This document shows, in pieces, positions 9,730 to 19,017 of a stretch of 64,000 bases of DNA. The number at the start of each line of letters is the position of its first letter. Position 1 is the first letter of the stretch. The translations under genes and the position numbers were made by a program. The stretch lies in assembly GCA_937863565.1 (NCBI GenBank), contig CALMGJ010000012.1:1-64000 (forward strand), given 5' to 3'. The stretch comes from an uncultured bacterium (lineage in GTDB: Bacteria; AUK180). The notes below the pieces were generated by a model. That model worked only from the letters and a program-made list of their open reading frames with translations, was not told the origin of the DNA and did no database searches.

Positions 9730-10485
9730 ATGAAAAGAAGAAAGGGTTTTACGCTCATTGAACTCCTCGTCGTTATGACGGTCAGCCTCCTCGTTCTGGG
9801 GATGGTGCTTTCATCGTTCGATATGATGCAGAACGCCATGGCGAAAAATAAAGCGAAATCCGAAACGGAAACATACATCGACAATGTGGTCCTCCAGATG
9901 ACGAGAACCTTCACGGGGGCGAGATATATACAGGTGAGCAGCACAAATACTGCCTCCCTTACGATGGTAATGCCGGGCTTTCTGAATAAGCAGAAAATAA
10001 CTGCTCCTTCTTTCAGCAGGGGTTTCGCTCTGGTCGACCCCCCATATGCCGGCGGAGATTATCTTTCATCAGGGGAAGATATATACGGGGATATACTTGT
10101 CCTTCTTGCATTTGCTTATGAGAATCCTCTATATAACCGTTCTACCACTTCTGTAGATTACTGGTATCTTCTGGGTGTATCCAACATGTCTTCGGGGCAG
10201 GTAACAGACAAAAGTAATCTTGTCTATGTGGAATACAATCCTCTTACAGGAGGGCATTCGATAAAGAATCTTGTGACCAAACCGGAGCTCATGTGGATAA
10301 GAAGACTCGAGATAATCCCCCAGCGCCTCGGCAGCGGATCTACCAATAACAAGATACTGAATTTCAGTCTCTCCGCCAGACATTATATGAAAAGGTCCAA
10401 GATCTCCGAGGATCTGCGGACGAAGCACGACGTTTACAATTACGAAACAACAAAATTCTTTACACTCTATATTAGAGGTAAATAA
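9730..10485 (+). CDS. PilW-like prepilin (N-terminal cleavage/methylation domain)
   Basis: MKRRKG|FTLIELLVVM. Confidence 0.8.
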   Translation: MKRRKGFTLIELLVVMTVSLLVLGMVLSSFDMMQNAMAKNKAKSETETYIDNVVLQMTRTFTGARYIQVSSTNTASLTMVMPGFLNKQKITAPSFSRGFALVDPPYAGGDYLSSGEDIYGDILVLLAFAYENPLYNRSTTSVDYWYLLGVSNMSSGQVTDKSNLVYVEYNPLTGGHSIKNLVTKPELMWIRRLEIIPQRLGSGSTNNKILNFSLSARHYMKRSKISEDLRTKHDVYNYETTKFFTLYIRGK

Positions 10486-10498
10486 AATGGAGGCCGGT

Positions 10499-11761
10499 AT
10501 GAAAAAAAGAGGATCCCTTTTGATCATGATCATCATAATACTTGCTGCACTTGAGATAATGACGCTTCTTTTTATCACTATTGTGCGCAATTTTAAAAAG
10601 AATGCAGATTACACGAGAAAAGCTGAGATAGCACTTTACAATGCCGAAGAAGGGCTCAATAATGTGATCAATGTCCTTATGAGGGATCCGGACTGGGATT
10701 TCAGAACCGCGGGAAGCAAATGCCCGAAATACGGTTTTCCAAATACCGTTCCCTACAGCTTCATTTTTGAGAACATGAATTTCAAGGTCCAGATATTAAG
10801 CTCCACCGTGAACCCGATCACGGAAAATACGGGGATATCTGATCCGAATTTCGATACCAATCAACTCACCATGTGGGTCAAGGTGACGGGATTCCATTAT
10901 CCGCATAATGATCCGAACAGGTACAAGAACATGCTTTTAAACGGCCAGAGCGTTGCCAATGAACAGGTCGTGGCACGCACGATCCTTGCTAAAGTCGCCG
11001 CAGCCGTTCCTATAAACCCCTTCAAGGACACGATCTTCTCCTGCGGTACAATAGACGGACAGGGATCCGCGGAAGTGGAGGGCGATATCTGCGCACCGAC
11101 GATCACGGGAACGATCGTCGACGGTGACTCGGACTGCTCCATGACCGCCGAGGAATGCACTGATGTTCTGGACGCAGTGGAGGCATGGGCTAATGATATA
11201 TGCGACGGCGCTGCCGAAGAGGGGAATCTATTTACGGATTCAATGGTGGCTTTGAATAACAGCTTTACCGGGCTCAATGCTTCGGGAGAGCTCGAAGGTA
11301 ATTTCTGCTTTGAGAACGACGTTCAGTGGGCTGGTAATGCTCCGGGAGTTGTTCCCGTTGATGTGGATGGAGATATGGATTATTCGGATGAGGACCTGGG
11401 TGAAATACCGCCTCCTATTATCATCGTGAAGGGAAACCTTAAAATGACCGGAACGCCCGACTTTCAGGGTATAGTGATAGTTATGGGTGATTACGAAGTA
11501 ACCAATGATAATCTGCTCTCGGGCGATGAAGATTTTTTCGGCTCTATAATCAGCTTCGACTCGCTTTCGCTCAAAGGAAATTCATTTGCGGGATATAAAG
11601 ATTTTTCAAACTTTGTGAATGTTAATAGAAACAGGGTCTCTAGGAATGCCTGGGTATTTGCGGATAAACCGATAAGAATGGAATATCCTGAAGGCAGCGG
11701 CACATTCTACAATATCCTGATAAGTCATCTGACGCCTCCCGATCCGGCTGAGTGGGAGTGA
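10499..11761 (+). CDS. PilX-like minor pilin
   Basis: MKKRG|SLLIM hydrophobic helix lacking E5, ALYNAEEG motif typical of PilX N-termini; third gene of pilin trio. Confidence 0.7.
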   Translation: MKKRGSLLIMIIIILAALEIMTLLFITIVRNFKKNADYTRKAEIALYNAEEGLNNVINVLMRDPDWDFRTAGSKCPKYGFPNTVPYSFIFENMNFKVQILSSTVNPITENTGISDPNFDTNQLTMWVKVTGFHYPHNDPNRYKNMLLNGQSVANEQVVARTILAKVAAAVPINPFKDTIFSCGTIDGQGSAEVEGDICAPTITGTIVDGDSDCSMTAEECTDVLDAVEAWANDICDGAAEEGNLFTDSMVALNNSFTGLNASGELEGNFCFENDVQWAGNAPGVVPVDVDGDMDYSDEDLGEIPPPIIIVKGNLKMTGTPDFQGIVIVMGDYEVTNDNLLSGDEDFFGSIISFDSLSLKGNSFAGYKDFSNFVNVNRNRVSRNAWVFADKPIRMEYPEGSGTFYNILISHLTPPDPAEWE

Positions 11762-11777
11762 TGCGCTGAATTATATT

Positions 11778-11902
11778 TTATTGCACAGTTAACGGGTTAA
11801 CGTGTTGACATGGGAATGTCTTCGGGCTGAAATAGGGAAAAAGATCTTTAATAATCCGTTAACTCTAAGACAAGCCTCTTGTCAACCCGCAATAAAATAA
11901 CC
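11778..11902. repeat. Intergenic MITE/REP-like element, copy 1
   Basis: Imperfect inverted ends (TTATTGC..GTTGACA / TGTCAAC..GCAATAA), GTTAAC repeats; similar to 54441-54720. Confidence 0.6.
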
Positions 11903-11949
11903 GACTAATTGTATTTCTATTATTCACTTCATATTTCATATGCCAAGCC

Positions 11950-12534
11950 TCACACATTACGGTTTTTATATTCCTGCACGATCAATTCCTCTCCGATATA
12001 TGAGCGGATCTTGTCGAGGTCTTCATCGGTTACAAGGCCGGGTATCTTTGTGGTCCTGAACTGGTGCGCGGAGAAATGTCTTTTGATAAACTCAATGCTT
12101 TTCCTGATCCTGCCGATATCCATTGTTATAAGGCCGCAGGTTTCCGGATATTTTTCGAAGGAGTTCTTAACATCCATGGCAATGAAGTCGAAAAGCCCGA
12201 TGGAGTCTTCGATGAAATCCGGATCATAACCGTTCGTGTCGAGTTTCAGGGCATAACCAAGTGCCTTTACCTTTTTTGCGAAATGCAGAATGTCCTCTCC
12301 GTACAAAGACGGCTCTCCCCCTGAGATCACAAGTCCGTCCAGAAAAGCTTTCCTGTTCTCGAGAGTACTTAATATCTCTTCTTCGTCAATGGAGGGGAAA
12401 TTATCGGGGTCTTTATATGCGAAATCCGCATTATGACACCATGGACACCTGAAATTACATCCCTTTACGAAAACCGCGGCCGCGATCCTGCCCGGAAAAT
12501 CAATCAGCGTCTGGACTTGAATTCCTGCAAACAT
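11950..12534 (-). CDS. nrdG: Anaerobic ribonucleotide reductase activating enzyme (radical SAM)
   Basis: GCNFRCPWCHN, SGGEP, KLDTNG; follows nrdD (alternative start 12555). Confidence 0.92.
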   Translation of the reverse strand: MFAGIQVQTLIDFPGRIAAAVFVKGCNFRCPWCHNADFAYKDPDNFPSIDEEEILSTLENRKAFLDGLVISGGEPSLYGEDILHFAKKVKALGYALKLDTNGYDPDFIEDSIGLFDFIAMDVKNSFEKYPETCGLITMDIGRIRKSIEFIKRHFSAHQFRTTKIPGLVTDEDLDKIRSYIGEELIVQEYKNRNV

Positions 12535-14740
12535 CGAAGGCCTTGTTAATATCATAAGTGGACCTTTGTTTGAACTCGACCTGTTTGCCTTTGTTCCAGT
12601 CCTGCACGGGCCGGTAATATCCGACTATCCTCGAATATATCTCCATCGGAACGGCCGTTGAACCGTCTTCACGGGCTTTCCCGTAGCGCTTCAATTCCGC
12701 TTCGGAATGCTCTTTATCGCAGAAAGGTTTTTCGCCGGGATGATAGCCGTGAACGGGACAGATGCTGAATGTGGGAGTGATCGAAAAATATGGAAGCCTT
12801 GAAGAAGAAGATATTTTCCTTATTAAAAGTTTCATCGCCTCTATATCCTTGATCTCTTCTCCGATGAAAAAGTGGAGAACGGTACCACCGGTGAATTTTG
12901 CCTGCAGTTCATCCTGATGAGCAAGCGTCTCGAATATATCCTTTGTTTCCCATACCGGGAGGTGCACCGAGTTCGTGTAGTAAGGAACGGCTTCACTTCC
13001 CGAGGAGATGATGTCTTCGAAGAAACCCTTATCCTTTTTAGCAAGGCGGTAACTGGCGCTTTCGGCGGGAGAAGCTTCAAGATTGTACAGATTTCCCGTT
13101 TCCTTCTTGAACTCCTCGAGCTTGCCCAGCATGAAATCAAGGACTTTGCCTGCGAACCCTTTGCCTTCGCTGGAATTATACGGACATTTGAGGAAATTGA
13201 GAACGGCCTCGTTCATGCCGAGAAAACCTATCGTTGAGAAATGATTGCTCCAGTATTCGCCTTTCTGGATCTTGATATCTGAGAGCCAGTATTTTGTATA
13301 GGGGTACAGATTGCTCTCGGTGAGTTTTTCTATTAGTTTTCTTTTTATTTCAAGACTCTCCTTGGCCTTGTCCATCGTTTCTTCGAGCCGGGAGAAGAAT
13401 CCGTCCTCATCATCGGCGACGAATCCGATCCGGGGGAGGTTGATCGTGACGACGCCAATGGAACCGGTAAGGGGGTTCGCAGCGAAAATTCCGCCTCTTC
13501 TCTGCTCATGACTTTCCGGTTTTTGCGCATCCGGCAAAGCTGCGGCGGGAAAAAGCTGCGGCTTCATATGCGCGGATATGGCCCTGTTATCGAGCCTGAG
13601 CCTGCAGCACATGGACCGCGCATCATCCGGGTTCATATCGGAATTGACGAAATTGGCGAAATAAGGGATGCCGTATTTCGCGGTCATTTCCCAGACCTTG
13701 CCGAGGTTCTTATCGCCCCAGTCAAAATCCTTAGTAATATTATAAGTCGGGATAGGGAAAGTGAATATGCGGTGCGCGGCGTCACCTTCGAGCATGACCT
13801 CGGCAAAGACATTATTGAGGATGTCCATCTCATTCTGGAAATCACCGTAGACCTCATCTCTCGTCTGTCCGGCGATGATCACATTCTTGTTCTTCATCGA
13901 AGAAGGAACTGTAAGGTCCATGGTCAGATTGGAGAAAGGCGTCTGGAACCCGGTCCTTGTAGGCACGTTCAGATTGAATATGAATTCCTGCATAGCCTGT
14001 TTTGTTTCCGAATATGTGAGACCGTCATATCTGATAAAAGGCGCAAGAAGGGTGTCGAAATTTGCAAAAGCCTGCGCGCCTGCAGCTTCACCCTGCATCG
14101 TGTACATAAAATTGACGATCTGCCCCAAAGCGGTCCTCAGATGTTTCGGCGGATTGGAACGCACCTTGCCGGTAACGCCGCGGAAACCCCTCCGCAGAAG
14201 TTCGCCGAGGTCCCAGCCTACGCAATACGAAGAGAGGGAGCCGAGGTCGTGTATATGGAAATCCCCGGAGATATGAGCATTGGCAATGCTGGCCGGATAT
14301 ATCTTGGTAAGCCAGTAATTAGCGGAGATCGTCGATGAAACATGATTGTTGAGTCCCTGGAGAGAAAAACTCATATTGCTGTTCTCGTTTATGCGCCAGT
14401 CTTTAATATCTATGTAATCGTCGATGATCTTCAATGTTTCGAGCACCCCTTCCTGCATTTTTCGAAGATCGGAGTGTTTTTCGCGGTAGATGATATAGGC
14501 CTTTGCGGTTTTATGGTAACCCCTTTCCATAAGGACGACTTCGGTGATGTCCTGAATATCCTCGACGGTAGGGAAGAGTTTATCGAGTCTTTTCACGACT
14601 TCCAGAGAAAGCTCTTTATAAAGTTCTATCCTTGTTTCTTCTTTTGTTTCCTTGAAAGCTTTCCTGATAGCGCTTTCGATCTTAAAAAGGTCGAATTTCT
14701 CGAAAGCTCCATCTCTCTTCTCAACATACCTGATATCCAT
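12500..14740 (-). CDS. nrdD: Class III (anaerobic) ribonucleoside-triphosphate reductase with ATP-cone
   Basis: N-terminal VEKRDG ATP-cone, HIHDL, SMCCRL, glycyl-radical YSRIVGYY. Confidence 0.96.
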   Translation of the reverse strand: MDIRYVEKRDGAFEKFDLFKIESAIRKAFKETKEETRIELYKELSLEVVKRLDKLFPTVEDIQDITEVVLMERGYHKTAKAYIIYREKHSDLRKMQEGVLETLKIIDDYIDIKDWRINENSNMSFSLQGLNNHVSSTISANYWLTKIYPASIANAHISGDFHIHDLGSLSSYCVGWDLGELLRRGFRGVTGKVRSNPPKHLRTALGQIVNFMYTMQGEAAGAQAFANFDTLLAPFIRYDGLTYSETKQAMQEFIFNLNVPTRTGFQTPFSNLTMDLTVPSSMKNKNVIIAGQTRDEVYGDFQNEMDILNNVFAEVMLEGDAAHRIFTFPIPTYNITKDFDWGDKNLGKVWEMTAKYGIPYFANFVNSDMNPDDARSMCCRLRLDNRAISAHMKPQLFPAAALPDAQKPESHEQRRGGIFAANPLTGSIGVVTINLPRIGFVADDEDGFFSRLEETMDKAKESLEIKRKLIEKLTESNLYPYTKYWLSDIKIQKGEYWSNHFSTIGFLGMNEAVLNFLKCPYNSSEGKGFAGKVLDFMLGKLEEFKKETGNLYNLEASPAESASYRLAKKDKGFFEDIISSGSEAVPYYTNSVHLPVWETKDIFETLAHQDELQAKFTGGTVLHFFIGEEIKDIEAMKLLIRKISSSSRLPYFSITPTFSICPVHGYHPGEKPFCDKEHSEAELKRYGKAREDGSTAVPMEIYSRIVGYYRPVQDWNKGKQVEFKQRSTYDINKAFDVCRNSSPDAD

Positions 14741-14749
14741 AAAACCTCC

Positions 14750-14765
14750 GCAACTATATGTAGTG
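14750..14765. promoter_or_regulatory. NrdR box upstream of nrdD
   Basis: CAACTATATGTAGTG (reverse CACTACATATAGTTG) fits acaCwAtATaTwGtg and lies next to the nrdD SD. Confidence 0.7.
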
Positions 14766-14784
14766 ATTGAATTTTGTTAAAAGG

Positions 14785-14813
14785 AGTATATAGTATTTTT
14801 TTTGCTTTGTCAA
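14785..14813 (-). promoter_or_regulatory. sigma70 promoter of nrdDG
   Basis: TTGACA-17bp-TATACT on minus strand. Confidence 0.75.
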
Positions 14814-14937
14814 GAGATTTTTAAAATTTTCTAGATTTAACCCAATATACTAAAAATAGTCAATAAAATCCCAATATAAAAGGAAATAGCGTGAATATAT
14901 ATTGAAGTTGTTTTTTATTGGGATATTATTGCAGGGA

Positions 14938-15065
14938 AGAATGAAGAATGAGCAATTTATGATGGAGAATTGACAATTATGCGGAGATGAATGAATAATG
15001 AAGAATGGACAATGAAATAATGAAAAATAAAGAGTGAGCAGTAAAGAGTAAGAGTAAAAAATGAA
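14938..15065. repeat. Degenerate purine-rich heptamer tract (AATGAAN)
   Basis: aatgaag aatgagc ... aattgac ... aatgaat aatgaag aatggac aatgaaa, 7-bp period. Confidence 0.7.
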
Positions 15066-15122
15066 CTCAATATTGAAAAAAATACGGAAAAATGGTATTT
15101 TCATTGAAAAAGGGAGTTGAAT

Positions 15123-15719
15123 ATGAAGGAACTTGAACAGAGAATATTAAGCGAAGGCAAAGTGATACGCAATGGCGAGATCATTAAAGTCGATTCATTT
15201 ATCGATCATCAAGTGGACCTTCAGCTCATGGAGAAGATCGCCCAGGATATGTTGAATCATCTTGAAAGTTCGGGCATACTGAAAAAAATAAATAAGATCG
15301 TAACGATCGAGACTTCCGGCATTCCTCTTGCTACGATGGTAGCCCATAAGCTCTCTTTGCCTATGGTGTTCGCAAGAAAGAAGATTCCTGTAACGCTCAT
15401 TGAACCGCTCTATTCCAGAAAGATCGTTTCACCGACAAAGCTTGATGAAGTGGAAATAGTCATTTCTTCAAAATACCTTTCGGAAAAAGACAGCGTCTAT
15501 ATTGTTGACGATTTTCTGGCAACGGGGGTAACATCGCTGGCCATTATGGATCTGATCAGGGACGCCGGATGTAAGGTGGTCGGCATTGGAGCGATCATCG
15601 AGAACGCTTTCCTGGGAGGCAGGGACATCATAAAGGAAAAATACCCCGAGGCCGATATATATGCCTGCGTCCGGATCAAGAAAATGACGACGGAAGGACA
15701 TATAGAATTCCATGAATGA
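15123..15719 (+). CDS. xpt: Xanthine phosphoribosyltransferase
   Basis: IKVDSFIDHQVD, TIETSGI, FARKK, IVDDFLATG PRPP motif. Confidence 0.9.
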   Translation: MKELEQRILSEGKVIRNGEIIKVDSFIDHQVDLQLMEKIAQDMLNHLESSGILKKINKIVTIETSGIPLATMVAHKLSLPMVFARKKIPVTLIEPLYSRKIVSPTKLDEVEIVISSKYLSEKDSVYIVDDFLATGVTSLAIMDLIRDAGCKVVGIGAIIENAFLGGRDIIKEKYPEADIYACVRIKKMTTEGHIEFHE

Positions 15720-16974
15720 TCTTTTCTGTGTGATCGGCGGCAATGCCGCCGGACTTTCTGCAGCAATGCAGATAAAAAGACTTTCTCCGAAAACACATGT
15801 TATTCTATTCGAAAAAAGCGGGCTTGTCTCCTATTCTAAATGCCTCCTTCCGTATTATCTGAGCGGTAGAATCGAGGGGATTGACGCTATTTCGGTAAAA
15901 CCCGCTGTCTTTTTTTCTGACCAAGGCATTGAGATCCTGCAGGCCGAGGTCACAAGAATAGACGTCAGAAGCAGGGAAGTTTTGTATATCGAGAACGGCC
16001 GTTTGCGGACCTTGCGGTACAGAAAATTACTTCTTGCCACGGGAACCCGCTACAGCAAACCGGAAGGAGAGAATTTCTTCATGCCGGTTCCGGACGATTA
16101 TATAAGAGCAGGGGAACTCATCCGCGCGGGAAAGATAAGAACCGCCGCTGTGATCGGAGGCGGTTTTGCCGGGTGTGAAACGGCTTTGGAGCTTTCCAGG
16201 GTCGGTATTGCGGTAGACCTTATTGAGAAGAACCGCGTTCTTTCTCTGTTCTCCCCTCAATTCGCTGAAGAATTAAAGGGTTTTTTAGGCGGAAATACGC
16301 GGATGATGGAAAACACTGATTTTTTAGGAACGGATGGAGAATTGCTCCGCACATCACGCTTTGAAAGGAAATACGATGCGGCATTTTTCTGCCTGACCCC
16401 CAAGCCCTCAACGGAAATGATAGATATCCCCAAGATGAAAAACGGTGCTGTCCGGACGGATGCGAAGTGCAGAACGGAGAATGAAGACATCTTCGCGGCG
16501 GGCGATTGCGCATCGGTAACCTTTGTGAACAATAGAACCGGTACGATGCCCTCTGCGGTCTATGCCAATAAAACAGGGAAAACGGCGGCATACTCGATGC
16601 TTTCAAAGAGGACCCCCGGCTTTTTCGCTTCGGGAAGTACAATGATCGACCTGGACGGTATCGTTGCGGCCAGGACCGGTGTGGAAGAGGGTTCGGTCTG
16701 TATCGTCAAAAAGCTTCCGGACAGCAAAGATGATAAAGGTCGGCCGTCCGGCGGTCTTATCGTGCTCGGCTGTTCGGAGTCAGGCATAATAAAATACGGC
16801 GAAGTTTTTTCACCGGGAACATACGCTCTTCAAGCCGTGACTCTGCTCGGATCGTTCCTTGGAAGGCCTCTTAACGAGCTGATCGCCGCCGATATTCCCT
16901 ACGCGCCCTTCATCAACAGGGTTCTTGACCCCGTCCAGGCGGCGGCTTTTGGGCTTCTTTTAAAAATAAGGTAA
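15712..16974 (+). CDS. FAD-dependent pyridine nucleotide-disulfide oxidoreductase (CoA-disulfide reductase/NADH oxidase-like)
   Basis: IGGNAAG, SYSKCLLPY redox Cys, IGGGFAG, FAAGDC. Confidence 0.8.
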   Translation: MNDLFCVIGGNAAGLSAAMQIKRLSPKTHVILFEKSGLVSYSKCLLPYYLSGRIEGIDAISVKPAVFFSDQGIEILQAEVTRIDVRSREVLYIENGRLRTLRYRKLLLATGTRYSKPEGENFFMPVPDDYIRAGELIRAGKIRTAAVIGGGFAGCETALELSRVGIAVDLIEKNRVLSLFSPQFAEELKGFLGGNTRMMENTDFLGTDGELLRTSRFERKYDAAFFCLTPKPSTEMIDIPKMKNGAVRTDAKCRTENEDIFAAGDCASVTFVNNRTGTMPSAVYANKTGKTAAYSMLSKRTPGFFASGSTMIDLDGIVAARTGVEEGSVCIVKKLPDSKDDKGRPSGGLIVLGCSESGIIKYGEVFSPGTYALQAVTLLGSFLGRPLNELIAADIPYAPFINRVLDPVQAAAFGLLLKIR

Positions 16975-16981
16975 ATTCCGT

Positions 16982-17010
16982 TTGACTGAAAAGATAACAT
17001 TTGATATAAT
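16982..17010 (+). promoter_or_regulatory. sigma70 promoter
   Basis: TTGACT-17bp-TATAAT then AAGGAGG SD. Confidence 0.75.
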
Positions 17011-17034
17011 AAAAAAAATTATAAGGAGGCACTT

Positions 17035-19008
17035 ATGAATAAGAGGCTGAAAGCCCTTTTATTTACGACGCTCATCTTATTAGTTGCGATTGCTCCTTTT
17101 GCTAAATCACGCATATCTCAAAACCCGGCATTCAGGCCTTATGAGGAATCCGCTGTTGAGAAAGGACCCTTCTACTACTGTTTCTATGTCATTCCGCATG
17201 ATTACCTGTGGGTCTCTCTCAAGGTTTCCGAATACAATGACTGTTTCGGGAACTATGCCATAACCTCGGGCACCAATGCCTGGTGGTACGGCGCAATGGC
17301 GAACCCGTCCATTTTCGGCGGTTGGGCGCCTCTTTTCGCCGGTTGGCAGTATCCCAAGAACCTCGGGGACCAGATGGCGGGCCAGATCGTTTACGATCAC
17401 AATATCATGTGGGCGGCGAATAATATAGTGTCCGACTTCCTCTGGGAATCGGATATTCAGTCGCCGGAAGCCTCGCTTGTTTACTATCCCAAGACCTACG
17501 AAGGGATGATCAGCTTCTACGGCTTCTATCTTTCCAGCATCAATGAAGAGGTCATGGGGCGCATTTCCCAGTCGGACTACATCACTTACATAGACGATTC
17601 CTACAGTGCGAAGCCTCTCGGGATCGGAGGTAAAGCGAGAATGCTCAGATGGAACTACCCCAATGCGGACGACTTCAATATCCATTTGCTTGAGCTTAAG
17701 AACAATTCCGGCGTCAATTACGATCAATTCTATTTCGGCCTTTATATGGACGCTGACGTAGATTATTCGAATGCCGCAGATAATATTTCCTACTTTGACC
17801 CTGACATAGGAACGGCTTATATCTACCACCCGACGAAATCGCTGGGCTGCGTCGGCATCACGGTATTCGATACCGAACAGATCAGCGTTTGCGAACTCAA
17901 GATCGGCTACGATGAAACGGCTAATTTCGCCGATCCGTGGGTTTGGGATATCCTCACCGGCGATACGATGGACTATTCGTATACGAAACCCTACGATGCG
18001 AGGATCGTATTCGGCATAGGCCCCTACTCCTTCGCTGCCGGCGCTACAATGGAGTTCTTCTGGGCAACGCCGAACGGATACGATGTTGAAAAATTCAAAC
18101 AGAACGTAAAAACCGCACGCGATACCAAAGAGAACGGCTGGGTAATACCCAATCCCCCGCCGGAAGCGCCGTTCCTTATTGTCGAAGCAGGCAATAAAGA
18201 AGTTAATCTCAGCTGGTCGCGAAACCGCAATTATATACCCAAACCGCTTCCCGCGGGAACTTCGGGTTTCTATACGGAAGATACAGACCCCGCGCCCGAG
18301 TATTCCGAAGGCTCGGAATCGGCCCTGGACCCCGCCTCTTTGGAGAGAGACTGGGACGGCTACCGCGTTTACAGGAACCTCACCGGTATGGGCGATATAG
18401 AACTCGGCGACTACGCACTTGTGACCCAGATGGATTCTACGTATGTCTACAACATTTACGGTGTCATTCCCGAAGCCGAGCTTGATAAATCGCAGTGGAA
18501 CGAAACATATTACTGCGAATATACGGACCGCGACCCTTCCATCTTCAACGGTTTCACCTACTATTATTCCGTGTGCGCATATGATACGGGCGATAGAACA
18601 AAAATACCGCCGATAGATCCTTCTTATTCATCGGCTCTTGCGAACGTTCAGCCCGCAACCCCGGCTTGGATCTACGAAACGACCCCGCAAACCTACAGGG
18701 ATAAAGTGGAAGTTGTTCCGAACCCGTATGTGGAAGGCCAGTACACGACCTGGGAAAGCGATGTTAGAAAAGTGGACTTCATTCACCTTCCCCAGAATGA
18801 AGACGGGTCTTATACATGTACGATAAAAATTTATTCCTTTTCCGGCAATAAGGTCAGAACGATCTATCATAACGACGAAGATGCTGATGAATCCTGGACA
18901 CTCAATAATGACAGAGGACAGAACCTTGCGCCGGGTATTTATTTCTACAGGGTCATTCCGGAAGACGGCTCCGAAGAGCAGACCGGAAAAATCATGATAA
19001 TCAAGTAG
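17035..19008 (+). CDS. Secreted protein with FN3-like region and T9SS/FlgD-Ig-like C-terminal sorting domain
   Basis: Signal peptide; VNLSW..DGYRVYR..YYYSVCAYD (FN3); VVPNPY..IKIYSFSGNKVRTI..LAPGIYFYRV..KIMIIK. Confidence 0.75.
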   Translation: MNKRLKALLFTTLILLVAIAPFAKSRISQNPAFRPYEESAVEKGPFYYCFYVIPHDYLWVSLKVSEYNDCFGNYAITSGTNAWWYGAMANPSIFGGWAPLFAGWQYPKNLGDQMAGQIVYDHNIMWAANNIVSDFLWESDIQSPEASLVYYPKTYEGMISFYGFYLSSINEEVMGRISQSDYITYIDDSYSAKPLGIGGKARMLRWNYPNADDFNIHLLELKNNSGVNYDQFYFGLYMDADVDYSNAADNISYFDPDIGTAYIYHPTKSLGCVGITVFDTEQISVCELKIGYDETANFADPWVWDILTGDTMDYSYTKPYDARIVFGIGPYSFAAGATMEFFWATPNGYDVEKFKQNVKTARDTKENGWVIPNPPPEAPFLIVEAGNKEVNLSWSRNRNYIPKPLPAGTSGFYTEDTDPAPEYSEGSESALDPASLERDWDGYRVYRNLTGMGDIELGDYALVTQMDSTYVYNIYGVIPEAELDKSQWNETYYCEYTDRDPSIFNGFTYYYSVCAYDTGDRTKIPPIDPSYSSALANVQPATPAWIYETTPQTYRDKVEVVPNPYVEGQYTTWESDVRKVDFIHLPQNEDGSYTCTIKIYSFSGNKVRTIYHNDEDADESWTLNNDRGQNLAPGIYFYRVIPEDGSEEQTGKIMIIK

Positions 19009-19017
19009 GAGAGATAG

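Noticed and set aside
13508-14338. Long antisense or alternate-frame ORFs (also 33319-34206, 17107-17829, 61116-61904, 42237-42929)
   Set aside because: They lie opposite well-supported genes and have no recognisable motifs; treated as shadow ORFs
14781-14796. Second NrdR box
   Set aside because: Only a half-site match about 30 bp from the first, overlapping the -10; too weak to call
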